Assembly (NCBI GenBank): GCA_951406725.2
Contig: OX597831.1
Location: 18,600,001-18,664,000 of the forward strand
DNA: 64,000 nucleotides
Reading direction: 5' to 3'
DNA from: Octopus vulgaris
Taxonomy: Eukaryota
Position numbers and translations under genes: made by a program. Shown piece after piece: positions 47,576-61,780 of the stretch. Numbering within the stretch: the stretch's first letter is position 1; the number at the start of each line of letters is the position of its first letter. Below the pieces are notes generated by a model. That model was given only the letters and a program-made list of their open reading frames with translations. It did not search any database and was not told the DNA's origin.

Positions 47576-48063
47576 AATAACCTTTGCACTTGATTTTTTA
47601 ATGTTTTTACCCCCATACCTTCGTGAGTTGGTTTGAGCAAACACTATCTGAGAGAGATCTTCTTTAAGTATTAGAAATAGCTAAAGAAATTTCTTTAGCT
47701 GCTATTTCTAATGAGTTCAGTATGTGGCAAAGTGATTTATTTTACTAAGCCCTTATATATATATATATATATATACATATATATATAGATAGATATATAT
47801 ACACACACATAAACGGCCATAGATTAACAATACACAAGTAACGCAAAATAACATTAATAAACGAGAAAATTGAAAAAGTTTTTCAATTTTCTCCTGGTTT
47901 ACGGTATATGTTATTTTGCGGTTATATAGTGGTGATATATATATTCCTGATTGTGATGTTGAACGTAAAAATGGTTTATGACTATTTAATTTTTTCCTAC
48001 TAGGCCGCTGGTGGCAAAAGAATTCTACAAAATTTTTTTTGCCACCCTATATTGATTAATTAT

Positions 48064-48203
<140 letters not shown>

Positions 48204-48241
48204 GATATATATTACTTACATTTGACGGATATTTTGTCCGC

Positions 48242-48284
48242 AACACAACGTTTCGGTTGATATCTCCAACCTTCATCTCGTGTC
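48242..48284 (-). ncRNA. Decayed minimal hammerhead (core GAGATGA), homolog of 20439-20484
   Basis: GACAC-GAGATGA-A-GGTTG GAGATAT CAACC-GAAA-CG-TT-GTGTT, with the shared downstream ATCCGTCAAATGTAA. Confidence 0.55.
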
Positions 48285-48364
48285 TTCGGGAAATTTCGGA
48301 CCTGGGTTCTCATTCGTGAGGCATTCTTCGATGTTATTATTATTATTATTTTATTATTCAGGAC

Positions 48365-48447
48365 ATACAGCGTAATCGTTAAGAGCGCAAACTACTAACC
48401 CTATGTTTCCGAGTTCGATTCCAGTCAGTGACCTGAATAAGAATAAT
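48365..48447 (+). mobile_element. tRNA-like SINE head ending in an AAT-rich tract
   Basis: A-box-like CAGCGTAATCG and B-box GAGTTCGATTCC. Confidence 0.6.
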
Positions 48448-48449
48448 AG

Positions 48450-48720
48450 GACAGTTGACTAGCGGTCGGAGGATCGCGGTATCGATTCCCAGACTGGGCG
48501 TTGTGTGTGTTTATTGAGTGAAAACTCCTAAAAAGCTCAAAATTCGTCCGGCAGGGGTGGTGGTGACCCCTGTCGAAATCTTTCGCCACAACTTCCTCTC
48601 AGTCTCTCTTCCTGTTTCTTCAGTAACACTGCGAAGGACTGGCATCCCGTCTAGCTGGGGGAACATACACCACAGAAACCGGAAAACCGGGCCCATGAGC
48701 CTAGTTAGCTTTAAACGAGC
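48450..48720 (+). mobile_element. Family 3 SINE, partial
   Basis: GCGGTCGGAGGATCGCGGTATCGATTCCCAGAC.. is homologous to 36609-36640 and onward. Confidence 0.65.
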
Positions 48721-48731
48721 GACGTTTATCG

Positions 48732-48801
<70 letters not shown>

Positions 48802-49001
48802 CTTTTATTTGTTTCATTCATTTGACTGCTGGAGCACCTCCTTTATTCGAACAGAACCTATTCTTTGTAAGCCTAGTTCTTATTCTATCGGTCTCCTTGC
48901 CCAACTGCTGCCGTGTTTACTGGGACGAAAACACAGACACACCAACATGCACTCACATACATACACAGATACCTACATACATTCATACATACATACATAC
49001 A

Positions 49002-49094
<93 letters not shown>

Positions 49095-49497
49095 ATGAGT
49101 GTGTGTGTATAGAGAGGAAGAAAGAATGATAGAAAGATAGATAGATAAATAGACAGATAGACAGATAGACAGATAGGCAGAGAGATAGATGGATAAACGT
49201 TAGAAACATTATTCTGAACGCTAAGAGCACGAGCTTATGAAGGAGACAGTACTTTGTTGTCTTTACGAAGGTAGTAGTCGGAAAGATAGAATCTCTTTCT
49301 TCACGTGTCAGCGACGAAAGAGTCGAGGAAGAGGAGTGAGAGAGAGAGAGAACGGGGAAGAGGAGACGAATAGGGAAGAGAGGGAGAGATATAGACAGAA
49401 ATGAGATAGTAAAGATAGAAAGTTTTATCGTATTTATGGAGAAACAACTGATTCGGAAAAGAATGCGTGGCGTTCTATCATATAATAATATAAATAA

Positions 49498-50011
49498 CTA
49501 GCAGTATCGCCCGGCGTTGCTCGGGTTTGTAAGGGAAATAACTATATAAGCATTTTTAGAGAGTTACTTCCCTTATAGGATACCAATTCGGGCTTTCTTA
49601 GCCATTTCTGTTTTGGTGTCTTCAAGTCATGAAGTCGTTGTTCTAAAAGAACGCTGGTCTCCTTGTCAACGCTTTACGACGTTGATTCCCTTACACTCCC
49701 TTCCCTACAGCTTCACGAGGGAGGGGGAAAGGGGGAGAAGCAAACAGGTGCAGGTGTGACCATGGACGCCAACTCCGCCGCCATCGACACACGAAAAATT
49801 ATGCATTAAAATGGAATATAAAATGATGTTAAATTATTTTTTAAATCGTATACTCATCGTAGACACGCCCTAATACTCAGACGGGCTCGATATGAATCAC
49901 GACTATAAGATACCCGAATTTGGTTAAACTGCACCGCAAAATGTGGGAGTAGTTAGGAATCTGAATCGAAGGGGACAGACACTCACACAACTACAGTTTT
50001 ATATATAGAGA
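49498..50011 (-). mobile_element. Non-autonomous Helitron
   Basis: Minus strand 5'-TCTCTATATATAAA, a 3' hairpin CCCGAGCAACGCCGGG 8 nt before the terminal CTAG, and insertion between host A and T without a TSD. Confidence 0.8.
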
Positions 50012-50045
50012 TATATAATGTATATGTACATACCTACATATATAT

Positions 50046-50116
<71 letters not shown>

Positions 50117-50127
50117 GCACATATGGG

Positions 50128-50485
50128 TACTGGACATAAAAAACGCTGAGCACAACGAGAAACGAAAACATAAAAAGAAAAACATAGAAACAAATTTTTC
50201 TCGAACAACGTTTGCCCTCATCCTTTGCTTTTACTGTTTTGTTCTCACTTTCCTGTTCTTGTTACCACTTCCACCCTCCGCAAAAGATCCCAAATTTTAT
50301 TTTATTTGCTTTGCGGGAAGGAGTGTTTCAACGAAGTCATGTCTTGTCCTTACCATCGAAACGCGAAGTAGACGACACAGGGACAACTGAAGAAGGGGTA
50401 TATTATTTATGTTGTATGTCTCGTTTGTTTTTTTCGTTGTTCGAAAAAAGTTCGTTTCTACGCCACGCATCCGTTTCCAAGTAAG
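50128..50485. mobile_element. Probable Penelope-like pLTR fragment with a short inverted repeat
   Basis: 50185-50210 is inverted at 50435-50460, and there is a decayed GAAACGCG motif near 50358. Confidence 0.4.
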
Positions 50486-50487
50486 TT

Positions 50488-50621
<134 letters not shown>

Positions 50622-51058
50622 AAAATAAGAAAAATCAACGACAGTGCACATTGTAAATAAAAAAAAGGCTTTTTATGAAAGGAAACAACAAATATATACA
50701 TTTAGATGTACTGAGGTACTAATAAAAGTCATAAAAGTCATTATTATGAGATGATTATAAAGTCAGAAAGCGAAGTATACCATGGTTTCGTCAAAGCTAT
50801 TCATTGCTTTGAATAAACACCGGCAAATAAACCGTGTCAGGTCTAATAGTTCCTGAGAGAAGAGATTATTTGTAAGGGAGGTAAGTAGTTCTGGATTTAG
50901 ATATAGAATTGTAATGTGAATGGCGTAGGGAGTGTATATGAGCTAGTGATTTTATTTGATGGGTTAGTGGTGTTCTGTATTGAGTTATGTGATCATATTT
51001 AGTTGAGAGAGAGAGAGAAAGAGAGAGGGAGGGAGGGAAAGAGAAATAAATACATACA

Positions 51059-51306
<248 letters not shown>

Positions 51307-51340
51307 CATTAGAGAGATACATTATCAAACATCTACTCAC

Positions 51341-51386
51341 CATCAAAGAGAAGATATGTAAATATAGAAATAGATGTCATCTGCAT
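51341..51386 (-). CDS. Gene B exon 1 (putative), signal-like MQMTSISIFTYLLFD(V)
   Basis: ATG in frame with a phase-1 GTGAGT donor. The LLF motif aligns with gene A exon 1, and TATAAAA lies at 51441-51435. Confidence 0.6.
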
Positions 51387-51954
51387 GTTTCCAATTTAAC
51401 TCTGTTGATGTATTCGTCCTTTCAAGTAGCTTTGTTTTATACAAATAAATTAACGGAAACAGATCTTTTGTATTCAAGATATGAGTCTGTAAATTATAAA
51501 TGAGTTTTTCATGGTTTTTATTAATTCTCGTTATGAAGAATGTGAGATTTATTGATTCCTGTCTCTGTCTGCTGCTACTATTTTATTGTTTGTTATAATT
51601 TATATAAGGGGAAACTTACTAACGTAGCTTCAATTATTGCAGTCCTGTCTACGCACATTACTAAATGTTTATGTGACATAAACGGAAATATATGCATCTA
51701 CATATATATTTTACAAACTGTGGCAGTTGTTTAGATGTTCTATGTTTGCTACATGTATTACAATATCTACCACACGTCATGTAGTCGCATTACATGCATG
51801 CATTTATGTATGTATCTATCTATCGTTCTATCTATCTATTTCTCTATTATTTCTCCCTCTCCCACGCTTCATATACAAATGTATATATATTAAGTTAGAC
51901 ATGGCCTGGACCAATCTCTGGTCGAAACATATCTAAGTTTTTATCTAAGTTTTT

Positions 51955-51998
<44 letters not shown>

Positions 51999-52056
51999 GT
52001 ATGTATGTATGTGTGTGTGTGTGTGTGTTTGTGTATGTTTGAGATGAGATTGTGCG

Positions 52057-52095
<39 letters not shown>

Positions 52096-52104
52096 TAAAT
52101 GAGA

Positions 52105-52179
<75 letters not shown>

Positions 52180-54451
52180 TGTTATACGAAAGACTCTTCA
52201 TTTATCAAAAATATTCATTTAACAAACTCCGTAAACTAATTATATTCCTGAAATTGCGTCTCGTATGATAGTTATATAGCTATTATCAAATTATCCTTAA
52301 TGAAAATAGAGGCGCGTGGGTATGAGAGACTGTTGCAAATTTAAACATGAAATGTTGCCAGCAACAAACTAATACTGTTTATTTTTAAGCATTAAAATCT
52401 ACTCCGCAGTGAATACAATGAATATCTAAATTTCCGAGAAATCGAAGTTATAGGCAATTTCTTAGAACATGTATCAGGCTTATTTGTAATGTTACAATTC
52501 AGCGTTTAAATTTCATTTTTTCCAAAATATTTTCGTTGATTTGAAACAACGATCTGTTTACTGACGAAACCTGGCGCCTTTATCACCCTAACTAAACGAT
52601 AGATTTTACCACAAACTTTAATGGCTGATGTTGTAATGATTATTTAATTTCATTTTTCTCACCGGACTGAACATTGTCGAACCAAATAAATATCGAAACC
52701 CTTCCTGCGTTTTCCACATATTTCACATATTTCACAGATTTTCTTTTCTTTTCAGAGTCAACTATCTTTTCGCCGTGTTGTATATATTTCTGTAACACAC
52801 TGTTTCTCTGACAACAGCTTAAGTTAACACACAGCTGACCGCTCGCTTAATGGAAAGGCAGAACTTGCAGTATTCAATACAATATTTGTTTACGCAATAT
52901 CAACATTCTGGAAGCTTTCTCTAGCCACTGGAAAACAAAACCGAACTTCCAAATACCATTTGAAACAGACAAACCCAAACACACTTCTTTTTTATAACTT
53001 GATTATTGTTTGTGATCTTATAGTTGTGCTTATTCAAATTTGCCGTCCACTGCGTGACGTGGTGATATCTTTGTTGTTACGTTATTCGTCTTTGAACAAT
53101 ATTATCCCATGTTCTGTCCTTCAATGTATACGGAAGCCTGCCAAGTATATGTGTGACTCTATATGGCAGTACGTTATTTGCGTTAACGAAACAATAACTT
53201 AGTCAACAGCAATGAAATTTAACTGAAACATTTATGGTTTTAGATATTTAATTACTTGTTAGTTTAGTGCCTTTCTATCATGGATATAAATGAAGTCTCT
53301 TATTAATATTTGCTTCAAATTTCGGCACAAGGCTATAACTTTCTGAGTATTACTTTGAGCCCAATGCTCAACTGTTACTTATTTTATCGACAATGGCAAT
53401 CGGAAACGCAAATCAACCGTAGCTGAATTTCAGTTCCGAACTTCAAGACGGGTGCAATGTTGCTAAGCATTTTGTCTGGCGTGCTAACTATTCTACTAGT
53501 TCACCACATTTAATAATTTTATCAACGGGCACTAATATTATGTGTAATAAAAATTACCCGTTTTGGAAAAATAGTGCTAATAAATTTGTATTTGATTGAT
53601 ATTGTGTTTGAGGTGAAATTCGCTGCTGGTAAAGTATTAAATCAAACATACTAACTGGAGGAAAAGCAATATCAAAAATGAATTTATTTAATGATACACC
53701 TTTTCTCTCAATAAAACAAAAGCAGTGATTACATCAGTAATAATTTATTAAAACTGCTTGAAAATAATTCCACGTAGCAACTAGAAAGGAAATGTTATTG
53801 AGGATTCTTACATCGGGGTCTCTTTATTTTTGCTTATAAATTGTTGTTGATAAGTTCTGTACAATGCGTATTCGAGTTCAGTAGTACTAGTCTTTTAATT
53901 GGTGGTTGGCTACAAGAAATTGTGATGCCAGGTTCTATACTGTAGGGGATATTCCGCGGGAGGAAAAAATACCCACTCAACAGAAGCGTCACAGTAAATG
54001 CAGGTATTGATGTTGGTTTATAATCGGGAATAGCCACCAAAGCTTACCCGTATTTTGGAGTATATAAGCGACTGGTTATAGGGAAACTTGCAGCTGAGTG
54101 AATAAATAAAGTCGTTGATTTGAAATTCTAGTGAGATGTTAAGACGTAGCTTACAGTAAAAAGACATAAAGCACATCATGACTTACCGAACGGAAATGTT
54201 TATAGATTAGTAAATAGTCATCCGAAAAAACTCTGAAGTAGATATATGCCTAACACAGATAATTAGGCAGGGATCAGAACAGACGGATCTGTCTTTTGAT
54301 GAGAAGACATTTTCAGGCGGAAATTTAAATTTAAATTTCTAACATATATGGCAGTGTCACAACCTCGAAGAACTTCGTCGAAAGTCAAGTGGGAGTTGTA
54401 ACGGTTGTCAAACGGTGAGGGACGAACATATATATGTATATATATATAAAG

Positions 54452-54492
<41 letters not shown>

Positions 54493-54564
54493 CATAATAA
54501 AAACACGATGCGAAGAATTTAGCGGTACATATGTATCGGACCTTTATATGTATCGGACATTTAT

Positions 54565-57144
54565 TTTTTCCTCTCACTAAAAGAGAGAATTCGCCGGAGG
54601 AACCTGATATCCGAGCTAAAGATGAGGAAACAAATGGGAGAGAAGGGTTTACGAATCCAAGATGGACAGATAATCAAGTCCTACCTCTGGTCCCATGCTG
54701 TAGTGCTGACAGGGAAAGAGATGTGAGGGCAAATCGAAGTGAAGTTGATACCCCCGTCAACGATGCTATCTCTGATGCCCTTTATTCTGCTTGTTCCCCA
54801 ACTCCCGCCCCTCAGACTTCACAGCTCAGCATCGTCTACACCAACTCGTGCTCCTTATTCCCAAAGTTCAGTGAACTATTTACACTGGCCCTACGCGACT
54901 CCCCTGATGTGATAGCTATAACCGAGACTTGGCTGACTCCAGCAGTAAAGGACTCAGAGATCCACCTGCAGGGCTACGTCCTTTTCATATGTGACAGAGG
55001 AAAAAGGCGAGGTGGAGGTGTTGCTGTGTATGTTAAGTCTGAGCACAAACCGTCCTGCGGTATTCTACCCACAAATGCTCAACCTACAACAAAATGCGAT
55101 GCCGTCTATTGCAAGCTGAGCCTATCTGAGTTTTGCCTGCCCGTGTTGGCTGTCTACAGGCCGCCTCTAGCCGACCCCCAGGACGATGCTCATCTACTCG
55201 AGGCGATAAGATTCGTTTCAGCTTCGCATGACTGCTTGGTACTAGGCGACTTCAACGCTCCCATGATCGATTGGCCCGCATCAATTTGTACAACATCTTC
55301 CCGGTTCGGCCAGGCCCTTCTTGACGTGGCTGAAGATTGTTTTCTATCGCAACATGTTGAATATCCGACAAGGCATCGGTCTGGGCAGCAGCCATCTATG
55401 CTAGATCTGGTATTCTCCCGCTATCCAAGATCAGTGTCAGACGTATCTGTGTGCGCCCCTCTTTCCAAGAGTGATCATGCGGTCCTGAAGTTCGTCATGC
55501 ACACAACTTTTTCCACGCCCACGATTACTTCGCTGCCACGTAGAGTCTTCTCTGCAATTAATCTTGAAATTCTAACCGAGGCTTCCGCGCTTCTGGACTG
55601 GCGTTCCCTGATGACGTTGTCCTTAGTTGACGAACTATGGTCATCCCTCAAAGCATATGTAATCTGTTTGACTGACCAGGCAGTTCCCGTTGGACTTCCC
55701 AAGAGGAAGAAACACAAGCCCTGGGTGACGAAGAAGGTTAAACGAGAACGTCGACTCAGAGATATTGCTTGGGCTGAATTCAAAAATCTGGATTCGACTG
55801 CAGTTTTTGAGGTGTACAAAACTCAACGAGACCGAGCCGTGAAAATTGAAAAGAAAGAACGCTTCAGTTATGAATACAAAATCGCGGCAAATGCCAGGAG
55901 CAATCCAAAAACCTTCTTTGCCCATGTCCAGCGGAATTCCCGCTTGAACAACCAGATTGCAACGTTGGTAGACTCAACAGGGGTATCGATTGAGGACCCT
56001 TATCAACAGAGTCAATTATTTGCCGAGGCTTTTTCAACTATTTTCAAACAAGATGATGGCCGTGAACCCCCTCCATTTGATAGATCGGTACCTCCAATGC
56101 TTCGATTGATCATCACGCGGGACCAAGTCAAACGTGTTATTCAAGGCCTCGATGTCAACAAGGGTCAATGCCCTGACGGCATACACCCACGGGTTATCAA
56201 AGCGTTGGCTCCGGTCATCTGCGAGCCCTTAACACGACTATTCAATATGTCATTGGCGACGGGTGTTATACCTGCAGACTGGAGAACAGCGATAATCTGC
56301 CCAATTTTCAAGAAAGGGAGCCGCGAAGACCCGCTTAACTACCGACCGGTTTCCCTTACATCAATAATCAGCAAGAAGTTCGAAACCATCCTTAAGAAAA
56401 GTATGATGCTCCACCTCCTAAGCACAGCCTCGATCACTGATTCCCAACACGGCTTCGAGCCGAAGAGATCATGCTTGACCAACTTACTAGTAATGGAAGT
56501 ATTGGTGACGCGCATCCTCGATGATAGTGATGCTGTTGACATCGTTTTATTGGACTATGCCAAAGCTTTTGACTCGGTAAACCACCGCCTACTACTTGTC
56601 AAGCTTCAAGCATATAGTTTCCATCCGGATATTGTACGATGGGTTGGTGCCTCTTCTCCTTATCTCCTCAAAGACATAGAGCACCTCGAAAGAGTCCAGA
56701 GGCTGCCTACCCGCCTGGTTCATGGACTCAAAAATTTGTCCTACGAAGAAAGGCTGAGGACGCTCGACCTTTATTCTCTTGAAAAACGCCGCCGCCGTGG
56801 TGATCTCATTCTCGCCCACAACATCATAAGTGGGAAGTGTAACCTCTCGAAAGAGCTGTTCTTCACTCCTGCTCCGGAGCGTCGGCTGAGGGGTCATTCC
56901 GAAAAGCTCTACCTGCGACGATTTCATCTCAATCGAAGGAGAGGAGCTTTCTCCGTCCTGGTTGCGGATCCGTGGAACAAGCTGCCAGATGAGATGGTGA
57001 AGATGCCGACGACCGCTTTGTTCAAAGCCTCCCTGAACCTCAAGTGGCCTGAACTCTTTACATGAACACCACCCTGTACTTAACTCCATGTCCCCCTACA
57101 TGGCCTTGCTATTTGCTTTTGAGCCAAATTAACTAACTAACTAA
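54565..57144 (+). mobile_element. CR1-group LINE (APE and RT with in-frame internal deletion), (TAAC)n tail
   Basis: The open 844-codon frame has APE motifs (ITETWL, GDFN, SDH) and the RT N-half up to LDYAKAFD. It then jumps at about 56650 (WVG|ASSPY) to the C-terminal region, so PQG and YADD are absent. Confidence 0.95.
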
Positions 57145-58589
57145 GACGGTTTATAACAATGCATAATTGATGTAAATGTGTGCCAATAGCCTTCTTCAGC
57201 CGTGTACAATTACTACTTCAAGGACTTGTATTACCTTATAAGTTTTACGTTGGGGATGCAAATCCTCATAGTCATGTACGACAGGGCCAGACACCAAAAC
57301 AAAGTCAAAGCGTCCATCCCGTTTTTAACTCGATGTAGAATGAGGAGGTTGGTTGTTGAGATAGAGAGGGAAGGTGTTGGGGGTGAATCTTTAATGTGTT
57401 AGGGATCACAAAGAGGGAAGGTAGTAGGTGCAAAATGTAGTAAAAGAGTAAAAAATTACAAAAGAGTAAACATTTAAAAGGTATATAAACAATATAAGAC
57501 TATAAAAAAGTATCTAAGTATATAGATATATAAATATATAAATATATACATATATAAATATATAAATACACACAGACGTGAAAAAAACATGGGAATATAA
57601 ATAAATAGAGATAAAGATAAAGAAGCGAAAAATAAAGAAGAAAAAAAAGGATAAAAAATTTAAATAACAAAATATAAAATATAAAGAGATAAAGAAATAT
57701 AAAGGGATGAAGAAATATAAAGTGGGGAATAACTAAAAGGGTGGTCGGAAGATAACGTAAGGTACAGAAAAAGGGACATATTCCGGTTGTTGAAGCCTAA
57801 GGGTGTAATGGCGGATGTCATAAATTAACTTAATTGTCTGGAGACCAAGTGGATGGTCAATATAGGTTGTCTGGTTTGTGGCTAAATAGTTTATCTACTT
57901 TCTCGTAAATTGTCTGTGTTACTAACGGTCAACATGTACACACGTACACGCATGCATACATATACACATCCACACATATATATACATACTCTCGTTTAAA
58001 AATACCGACAGGGATACGCATATACATACGTCCCGCTACGTACAGATTCCTAAACTCGAACAAACTAAATACATAAAAGCATATACACTTACACGCCTCT
58101 GCAGACGCACTCGTATACATACAAATACATACTCACACGTACATATATCAAGCCCGCACATCTACACACTTACATACGCATATGCGTACATACATAAATT
58201 TCTCAATATACACATACATACGGAAAAAAGCGCATGCAGTTGGGCACAAGAACCCACTAGGCTCTTATATTTACTCCCCCATGCAATATCCTCCCATTCA
58301 ATTACAACTTGTTAGCACATACCATTTTTTTCCTATATCTATTTTTTCCTATATCTATTTCCATTTCTAGCTTTGATGTTGAGCCCACACCCTTGAACTC
58401 CGCTTCCCACTCCTTCACTTATGACTACTCCGTAATTTCCCCTCCTCCCTGCCTTTGTTTTCCTGTCCTTTCCTGGGTGGTTACCTTTACACACACCTGT
58501 ATTTTTACCTTTACAATCACCTTTTATTTTTACCTTTATTTTATCTCTATTTATTTCTATTTTTAGTTCAATTACCCTATATGTTTATT

Positions 58590-58736
<147 letters not shown>

Positions 58737-59301
58737 TCTATTATACTTTCTTACTTTCATGATTTTTTACTCCCAGGTTTTTACTTTCAGGTTTTTTTAC
58801 TTTCATGTCTACCTTTTTTTGCCCATTATAATTCCCTAATCTCCATTCATTCTAGCTGGTGCTCAATTTAATGTCCCCTATTATTATTTTTGTTCTTATC
58901 CCTTCTCCAATTTTTTTTCTTTGTCTCCTTCTTGTCTTTCTTTTCTGATTTAACCGTACGCCTCTATAACTTACTAATTACTCACTTATAATGTATTTAC
59001 AATGGTTTGCAACCGTCACACCACTCGGAGACAGACATTTAGAATACGTAGGTTCCTTTTGCGTGTGTGCAGGAATGAATCTTTGGACGCATAGGTGAGG
59101 AGACCTGTATACTTCATGCGTTACACGTACCCCCGCACGGTAGTATATGCCTGTGAAGGCGCACACACTTTAGCGCACGTACGTGTAGATGCGAGCACAA
59201 GCATATATGTGCATGTCAGTATGTCCATGTGTGTGCGGGTAGTGGTGGGCGTATATACACGTTTGTATAGGTGTGTACGCAGGTACGCATATGAATTCGT
59301 T

Positions 59302-59332
<31 letters not shown>

Positions 59333-60687
59333 TTACGTGTACTTATACGTGTGTAGGTATTTCCGCTTGTACGTGTGTGTGTGTAGTTATATGTGTATGC
59401 GTATGTATACTTGTATGCGCATTTCTAATTCCTCCTTGTCCGAGTGCATGGAGGCGCGCATGCACGGGTGTAGGCATGCGAGTGAATATACCTGTTTCTA
59501 TGCAAATGCATGTATGTATATTTTGGTGTATATGCATAGGGATTTACTTCCTCATGTGTGTGAGTGTGTGCGTGAGTGTGGGTGTGTGTATGTGTGTATG
59601 TACGTGTATGTGTATGCATACGTATGCGCGTGGGTTCTTGTGCCCAACTGCATGCGCTTTTTTCCGTATGTATGTGTATATTGAGAAATTTATGTATGTA
59701 CGCATATGCGTATGTAAGTGTGTAGATGTGCGGGCTTGATATATGTACGTGTGAGTATGTATTTGTATGTATACGAGTGCGTCTGCAGAGGCGTGTAAGT
59801 GTATATGCTTTTATGTATTTAGTTTGTTCGAGTTTAGGAATCTGTACGTAGCGGGACGTATGTATATGCGTATCCCTGTCGGTATTTTTAAACGAGAGTA
59901 TGTATATATATGTGTGGATGTGTATATGTATGCATGCGTGTACGTGTGTACATGTTGACCGTTAGTAACACAGACAATTTACGAGAAAGTAGATAAACTA
60001 TTTAGCCACAAACCAGACAACCTATATTGACCATCCACTTGGTCTCCAGACAATTAAGTTAATTTATGACATCCGCCATTACACCCTTAGGCTTCAACAA
60101 CCGGAATATGTCCCTTTTTCTGTACCTTACGTTATCTTCCGACCACCCTTTTAGTTATTCCCCACTTTATATTTCTTCATCCCTTTATATTTCTTTATCT
60201 CTTTATATTTTATATTTTGTTATTTAAATTTTTTATCCTTTTTTTTTCTTCTTTATTTTTCGCTTCTTTATCTTTATCTCTATTTATTTATATTCCCATG
60301 TTTTTTTCACGTCTGTGTGTATTTATATATTTATATATGTATATATTTATATATTTATATATTTATATACTTAGATACTTTTTTTTAATTCTTATATTGT
60401 TTATATATCTTTTTAATTTTTACTCTTTTGTAATTTTTTACTCTTTTACTACATTTTGCACCTACCTACTACCCTCCCTCTTTGTTATCCCTAACTCACT
60501 AAAGATCACCCCAACTCCTTCCCTCTCTATCTCAACAACCAACCTCCTCATTCTACATCGAGTTAAAAACGGGATGGACGCTTTGATTTTGTTTTGGTGT
60601 CTGGCCCTGTCGTACATGACTATGAGGATTTGCATCCCCAACGTAAAACTTATAAGGTAATACAAGTCCTTGAAGTAGTAATTGTAC

Positions 60688-60776
60688 GCGGCTGAAGAAG
60701 GCTATTGGCACACATTTACACATCAATTATGCATTGTTATAAACCGTCTTATAAAGGCCCGAAACATATGTACCGC
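60688..60776 (+). ncRNA. Type I hammerhead motif with a long loop 2
   Basis: GCGG-CTGAAGA-AGGC..(about 55 nt)..GCCC-GAAA-CATATG-TA-CCGC. Confidence 0.7.
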
Positions 60777-60896
60777 TAAATTCTTCGCATCATGTTTTTA
60801 TTATGATAAATATACTCTATCACCTACACCACTAAACGGCATACACAGATGCTTACAATTATCAAGTATTCACCATGAATTTTATATATATATATA

Positions 60897-61233
60897 AAGG
60901 GTAAAGACCCCCTTCGGTCATGAATGACCATGGGATTGCACCTAGAAAGTTACCCTCCTAGTCACAAGTCTGGGCAAGGTTGTTTTATGGAAGACCAGCA
61001 GTCGCCCATGCATACCGGCCTCCCCTCTCCACGACACCAGTGTTATCCAAGGGAAAGACAAAGGTCGATACAGCTTGGCACCAGTGACGTCGCAGCTCAT
61101 TTCTACAGCTGAGTGAACTGGAGCAACGTGAAATAAAGTGTCTTGCTCGAGAACACAACACGCAGCCCGGTCCGGGATTCGAGCTCACAACCTCACGATC
61201 GTAAGCTCGACGCTCTAACCACTGAGCCATGCG
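60897..61233 (-). mobile_element. tRNA-derived SINE (family 4, CORE/V-like body)
   Basis: A-box TGGCTCAGTGG, B-box GCTCGAATCC, and body GAGCAAGACACTTTATTTCAC..CAGCTGTAGAAATGAG. Confidence 0.85.
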
Positions 61234-61525
61234 ATATATACATATACATTTGAAACCAATGTATACGTGCATATATTTCGCTTACATATAGTAGACGGGT
61301 CTAATAATGTAAAATTAATGTTTTCCCAATTAGTATTCTTTTTAGTTTAGAAAGAAAAATATTTTTCTCTATATCACATAACAATTAACTCATGCAGTTT
61401 CATTGCGCTACAAATCACGTTCACATTCATTACTTTACTACATCAGAAGTACAATCAATACATTTTACTTCGGTATTCTGAAAAATATGTTACGCCAATC
61501 CACATGAGAATGTGAAACGAATTTG

Positions 61526-61780
61526 TATTAGGATGGTGCGTAATTATTGCAGCTTTTTCAATAAAATTCATTCAACAGATTAATTAACAACATTTAACAA
61601 AAACATCTTTAAGTGATTATTCCGGAGCATATTCACCATCTACTTCAATTACCGCTTCCTATTTGGTTGGCAGCCGCTTAGAATAATCATTAAAAGACGA
61701 TTTTGTTAAATGTTGTTATTGTTTTTGTGGAATAAAATTTATTGAAAACAGTCGCAAAAAATTATGCACCAACCGAAATA
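61526..61780. mobile_element. Mariner-derived MITE
   Basis: TA-flanked imperfect TIRs of about 45 bp (TTAGGATGGTGCGTAATT.. / ..AATTATGCACCAACCGAAATA). The interior has a minus-strand transposase C-terminus EAVIEVDGEYAPE*. Confidence 0.75.

Larger units (their letters stand above)
46291..47761. mobile_element. Retrozyme-like or Penelope-pLTR-like element: 1.5 tandem copies of a 557-bp unit plus a 630-bp inverted copy
   Basis: Units start at 46291 and 46848. 46385-47014 is inverted at 47132-47761. Each full pass contains an HHR. Confidence 0.85.

Noticed and set aside
50772-50845. Minus-strand hairpin plus GAAA CCATGG TA
   Set aside because: No CUGANGA core or helix I can be placed, so it is at best a decayed HHR.
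61160-61233. tRNA gene
   Set aside because: It is a SINE head continuing into a SINE body, with no proper acceptor stem or terminator.
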